Below the pieces are notes generated by a model. The model was given only the letters and a program-made list of their open reading frames with translations. It did no database searches and was not told the origin of the DNA. Source: an uncultured delta proteobacterium (GTDB taxonomy: Bacteria; Myxococcota_A; Polyangia; Fen-1088). Taken from it: a stretch of DNA of 64,000 nt. The stretch spans positions 160,001 to 224,000 of the forward strand of contig CAWCMR010000005.1 of the NCBI GenBank assembly GCA_963796685.1. The letters are read 5' to 3'. Below are positions 60,661 through 64,000 of this stretch, in pieces. Both the position numbers and the translations under genes were made by a program. Numbering within the stretch: the stretch's first letter is position 1; each line of letters opens with the position of its first letter.

Positions 60661-60813
60661 AGCGCGCCTCCCTTCAAAATCCTGTCAAGTGGAAGATACT
60701 TGTTTTTACCAGTTCCATCGACTCGCCTAGATGGTACTAGTATAATGGTATTTATGCAAGCGCTAATTTCACCATCGGGGCCTGGTCCCGAAATTCGGCC
60801 TTACGATCTGGGC

Positions 60814-61179
60814 ATGCCACAGAGAGCCCCGAAGACCCGGCCAGCCGAGGGCGAGCGCTTGGCCGACCTACGTCGCGCCGCCGGCCTAACCCAAGTCGAG
60901 TTCGCCAAGCTCGTCGGCGAAACCCAGCAAAACATCACCTTCTGGGAGCACAGCGACAAGCCACCACGCTCCGACGTCCTGCCCAAGATGGCCAAGGTCC
61001 TCGGCTGCTCCGTTGAGCAGCTCCTCGGCATCTCACCGCTCGCCGATCGTCGCCCAGGCCCCGTTGGGAAGACCCAACGGGCGTTCGAGGAGGTCGCACG
61101 CCTCCCGCGTTCTCAGCAGGACAAGATCGTCGAAATCGTCGAGGCCCTCGTCGACCAGTACAGACGCAAGGCTAGCTGA
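60814..61179 (+). CDS. XRE-family HTH repressor
   Basis: LRRAAGLTQVEFAKLVGETQQNITFWE; C-terminal RPGP..RLPRSQQ; divergent from primase. Confidence 0.88.
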   Translation: MPQRAPKTRPAEGERLADLRRAAGLTQVEFAKLVGETQQNITFWEHSDKPPRSDVLPKMAKVLGCSVEQLLGISPLADRRPGPVGKTQRAFEEVARLPRSQQDKIVEIVEALVDQYRRKAS

Positions 61180-61232
61180 TGTTGGCGTGCAGCCCGATCC
61201 TTCCTCGGACATCATAAGATCAGGAGACCATC

Positions 61233-61436
61233 ATGCCTGCTACCGCACGTGACCTGCTGTTTGAAAAGATCGATAGACTTCCACCGGCCCGCGTGGCCGA
61301 GATCGAGGATTTCGTCGACTTCCTCGCCTCGCGAGACACCGATCGCGAGCTGGCCCACGCTGCCACCGCAGCGGCCGTGCCTGCCTTTGCCAAGGTCTGG
61401 GACAATCCCGAGGACGACGTCTACAACGACATCTGA
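61233..61436 (+). CDS. DUF2281-like antitoxin
   Basis: AGGAG RBS; LPPARVAEIEDFVDFL; upstream of PemK. Confidence 0.82.
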   Translation: MPATARDLLFEKIDRLPPARVAEIEDFVDFLASRDTDRELAHAATAAAVPAFAKVWDNPEDDVYNDI

Positions 61437-61450
61437 AAGTCGATAGCACC

Positions 61451-61786
61451 ATGCCCTACCGCTTCGGAGACGTCATCGTCGTTCCCTTTCCCTTCACCGA
61501 CCAGTCCGCCACCAAGAAGCGCCCCGCCGTCGTCGTCAGCTCCGAGGCGTATCACCGCGAGCGGCCCGACCTGATCCTGATGGCCATCACCAGCCAGGTG
61601 CGGCCTGCGCCCACGGTTGGCGAGGTCGCTGTCCTGCACTGGCAAGAGGCCGGCTTGCTCAAGCCTTCGGTCATCAAACCCCTGCTCACAACTATCGAAA
61701 CAAGCCTCGTCCTCCGCCAACTCGGCACCCTTCACGCCGATGACCAAGCCAGCCTACGCAAAGTCATTGCCGAAATTCTCGGATGA
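61451..61786 (+). CDS. PemK/MazF family toxin
   Basis: GDVIVVPFPFTD...KKRPAVVVS, AITSQ, GLLKPS. Confidence 0.9.
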   Translation: MPYRFGDVIVVPFPFTDQSATKKRPAVVVSSEAYHRERPDLILMAITSQVRPAPTVGEVAVLHWQEAGLLKPSVIKPLLTTIETSLVLRQLGTLHADDQASLRKVIAEILG

Positions 61787-61895
61787 CAGTGGCCTTCAGG
61801 CCACGCCATCCAGTAGTGCCCATCATCGCCCGCTCCGAGCTCCAGGCCCTTGCAGTCAAGCAGGCCCAGAGCACCCAGCAGAAGACGAAATAGTA

Positions 61896-62513
61896 CTATT
61901 TGTTCGGTGGTGTCGTGTCCTTCCAGCCCTGGGGGACGACGATCTTCTGCCAGCCTGACCAAACAGGCTTCTTGGGAAGGTAGGCTCCCTCTTCGGCACC
62001 GGGCCAGTTGTCTCGCGACATGTATGACATGCCCATCGTCAACGCCTCACCTGGTACGAGGCTGTAGCAATATGGGTAGAATCTATACTTGAACTCGATC
62101 TTCTCGCCCGGCCGAAGGCTTCGAAAATCGGATATCTCCTTGCCTTTGCTAAAGGGCTCGGAACACAACCAGTGAACGGTCCTATGGTGTTCATCTGAAA
62201 TAGCAATCTCGACTTCGTATGAACGCGAGCCCAGGCCTGCACTCCCCTCGCCAACACTCGGCTTCGAATCTATCCAGAAGGTGCGGTCCGACGTTGGGTT
62301 TGCCAGTGTCATGTTCACAATGACCTCAGTGGCTGACGAAACTTGGTTGAAGGTAAAAGACAACCCCTCCACCCGTGCTTCAGACTCTGCCAGAGCACCT
62401 GGCGTGCTCTTCTCGCTCTGGGTATTCGTCGGCATAGACGAAGGCTTTACACCGACACCTGCATGACAGCCAACCATCACGGAGATGGCAGCAGCAATCG
62501 CGGCAATCCTCAC
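61896..62513 (-). CDS. Putative immunity lipoprotein
   Basis: GTGA coupling to the toxin stop; signal RIAAIAAAISVMVGC; lower GC. Confidence 0.65.
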   Translation of the reverse strand: MRIAAIAAAISVMVGCHAGVGVKPSSMPTNTQSEKSTPGALAESEARVEGLSFTFNQVSSATEVIVNMTLANPTSDRTFWIDSKPSVGEGSAGLGSRSYEVEIAISDEHHRTVHWLCSEPFSKGKEISDFRSLRPGEKIEFKYRFYPYCYSLVPGEALTMGMSYMSRDNWPGAEEGAYLPKKPVWSGWQKIVVPQGWKDTTPPNK

Positions 62514-63331
62514 TTGATGTAGCACGATGTAGCGGGGCATTGGTCTCCATTCCCTAATTGATAATTGTACGGCCAGTTTGCCACTCGGCTGGAATAGGGC
62601 GAGTTCCTGAGAACGTCAGTCAGTTCCGCAATCTTGTCAACCTCAACGCCCCATTCACTCTCCAGACCGGGGTTGCCCGCGAATGAGTACTGATTCGTGA
62701 CATCAAGTCCCCTTCGGTACCCTTCAAGTTCGTTTAGGGCGCGGGCGTACTTGTAGTTCTGGGAACTCGGATTAGCAAAATTCGCAGACATGACCTGTCC
62801 TACGTGAACTCCCTCGTGCTCGACTACGACGTTGAGAAGCGCATCGCCTTGAAACGCATCTGGCGAAATCTTGACCCGTCCGTACATGTCCGTTACGCCA
62901 AGCTTCTCCGTTCCCGCAAGTGTCTGGTCGATAGTTGCTCGGCCTTCCAAAGACGTCCCTTTGGTGTACGTATCTAATGTCGCCTGATCTACTGACAACC
63001 CCGCTCCATCACCGCCCATCGGTGTTCCCTCCATCATTGCCTTTGTGGTCACCAGGTTCTGCACCTTGTCCGCGCCGCTGCCTCCCCCACCCCCCTGCTG
63101 TGTTTGGTCGCCCCACCGCGATTCCACCGTAAACGAAGGCATTTCCCTGATGCCTTCCGCAGGCTTACGCCGCTTCGGCCGGGGCGCGACCTGCCGAAAA
63201 TTTGTCGCGAGGCCCAGACGTGCGTTTTCGGATCGGCAACACCTCGGCCGAGGGCGGGAGCTTGCACACCGACGGGCGCCCCACCTGGAGGCTTTTTCTT
63301 TAGCCGCTTCGTCGATGCCGAGGACCATCAC
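62510..63331 (-). CDS. Constant leader + variable zincin-like toxin domain (allele 2)
   Basis: Same leader to GDQTQQGG, then a different domain with EHEGVH...NELEGY. Confidence 0.65.
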   Translation of the reverse strand: MMVLGIDEAAKEKASRWGARRCASSRPRPRCCRSENARLGLATNFRQVAPRPKRRKPAEGIREMPSFTVESRWGDQTQQGGGGGSGADKVQNLVTTKAMMEGTPMGGDGAGLSVDQATLDTYTKGTSLEGRATIDQTLAGTEKLGVTDMYGRVKISPDAFQGDALLNVVVEHEGVHVGQVMSANFANPSSQNYKYARALNELEGYRRGLDVTNQYSFAGNPGLESEWGVEVDKIAELTDVLRNSPYSSRVANWPYNYQLGNGDQCPATSCYIK

Positions 63332-63470
63332 CTGGCCCCGATTCTACCGGGAAGAGCAGCTAAGGGAAGGAAGTTGGCAAGGCCAGCGGTGGCGCCGGCG
63401 AGCGGTGAAGCGAGCCCATCGCCAGCGAGCGAGCCGCGAGGCCGGCCCCGGATGCGCGGGGCTGCCGCGA
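63090..63470 (-). repeat. Conserved unit-end segment, copy 2
   Basis: Direct repeat of 54216-54590. Confidence 0.9.
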
Positions 63471-63480
63471 CGGCCAAGGA

Positions 63481-63777
63481 CTACCGTTGTGTCCAGTAGC
63501 CTTGCCGACGCTTGAGATGAGCGACGGCCACGATTCCGATCTCGTCGTCGGATATCTCACGATAGATGATGGCGTAGGGATAGGGTCCAAGGAGGACGCG
63601 ACGGACGCCGCCTATCAAGGGCCATCGGCGTGGTGACTCGACGATTTCACCGACACGATGGCGAATGGCGGCAATGAAGCGAGCACCCAAGCCAGCCAGA
63701 CGCTCCTCGTACCAAGAGGCAGCATCCTGCAGCTCTGCCTCGGCGAGAGGATTGAAGCGAAGGCGTCTACTTGCCAC
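63481..63777 (-). CDS. RelE/ParE family toxin
   Basis: AEAELQDAASWYEERLAGLG, YPYAIIY, VAVAHLKRRQGYW. Confidence 0.88.
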   Translation of the reverse strand: MASRRLRFNPLAEAELQDAASWYEERLAGLGARFIAAIRHRVGEIVESPRRWPLIGGVRRVLLGPYPYAIIYREISDDEIGIVAVAHLKRRQGYWTQR

Positions 63778-63991
63778 CGAAGCGTTGCTCGAGACGAGCG
63801 AAGACCTCGTCGGCCGGGATGGTCGCGACTCTGCCGGCATCGACGTCTTCGATGCGGCGTTGGATTTCGGCTTCCCAGTACTCCCCGAGATCTCCAAGCT
63901 CCAGGCTTGCCGCGAGCTTGTCGACCAGGACCTCACGCTGCTCTTGCGGCAGCTGAAGTGCGGCTTCCAGAATTTCCTGCGACTGCAGCAT
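63767..63991 (-). CDS. Addiction module antitoxin (TIGR02574-like)
   Basis: Paralog of 49375-49596 (QSQEILEAAL.LP..RE.LVDKLAASL). Confidence 0.88.
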   Translation of the reverse strand: MLQSQEILEAALQLPQEQREVLVDKLAASLELGDLGEYWEAEIQRRIEDVDAGRVATIPADEVFARLEQRFGGK

Positions 63992-64000
63992 GCTCCAAGT

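Larger units (their letters stand above)
54216..63101 (-). mobile_element. ~8.9 kb primase/tyrosine-recombinase integrative unit bounded by identical 12-bp sites
   Basis: CCCCCCTGCTGT at 54216 and 63090; gene order partly repeated on both sides. Confidence 0.7.

Overview
GC-rich DNA whose gene content (PEGA kinase, gliding-type TPR proteins) suggests Myxococcota. The first ~47 kb is core genome: three trehalose routes (TreS-maltokinase, TreYZ, OtsAB), glnK with a porin, recD2, rlmN, pfp, rlhA, cysK and signalling genes, with several small dispersed repeat families. From ~47 kb on is an accessory island. A REP-associated HUH transposase (RAYT-like) with ~25 CTCCGAGGGTAC-type repeats abuts a tandem array of ~8.9 kb integrative units (XRE repressor, CHC2/TOPRIM/P-loop primase, tyrosine recombinase, TA modules). 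Best candidate for a new system: each unit carries a polymorphic-toxin-like C-terminal cassette plus an immunity-like gene. The cassettes are joined at an exact 12-bp site, ACAGCAGGGGGG on the minus strand, encoding QQGG. The site occurs three times, always in frame with a different C-terminus, and twice follows a conserved ~370 bp structured leader. This suggests recombinase-driven cassette swapping. All protein calls rest on motif recognition, not database searches. Several single-base frameshifts may be assembly errors.
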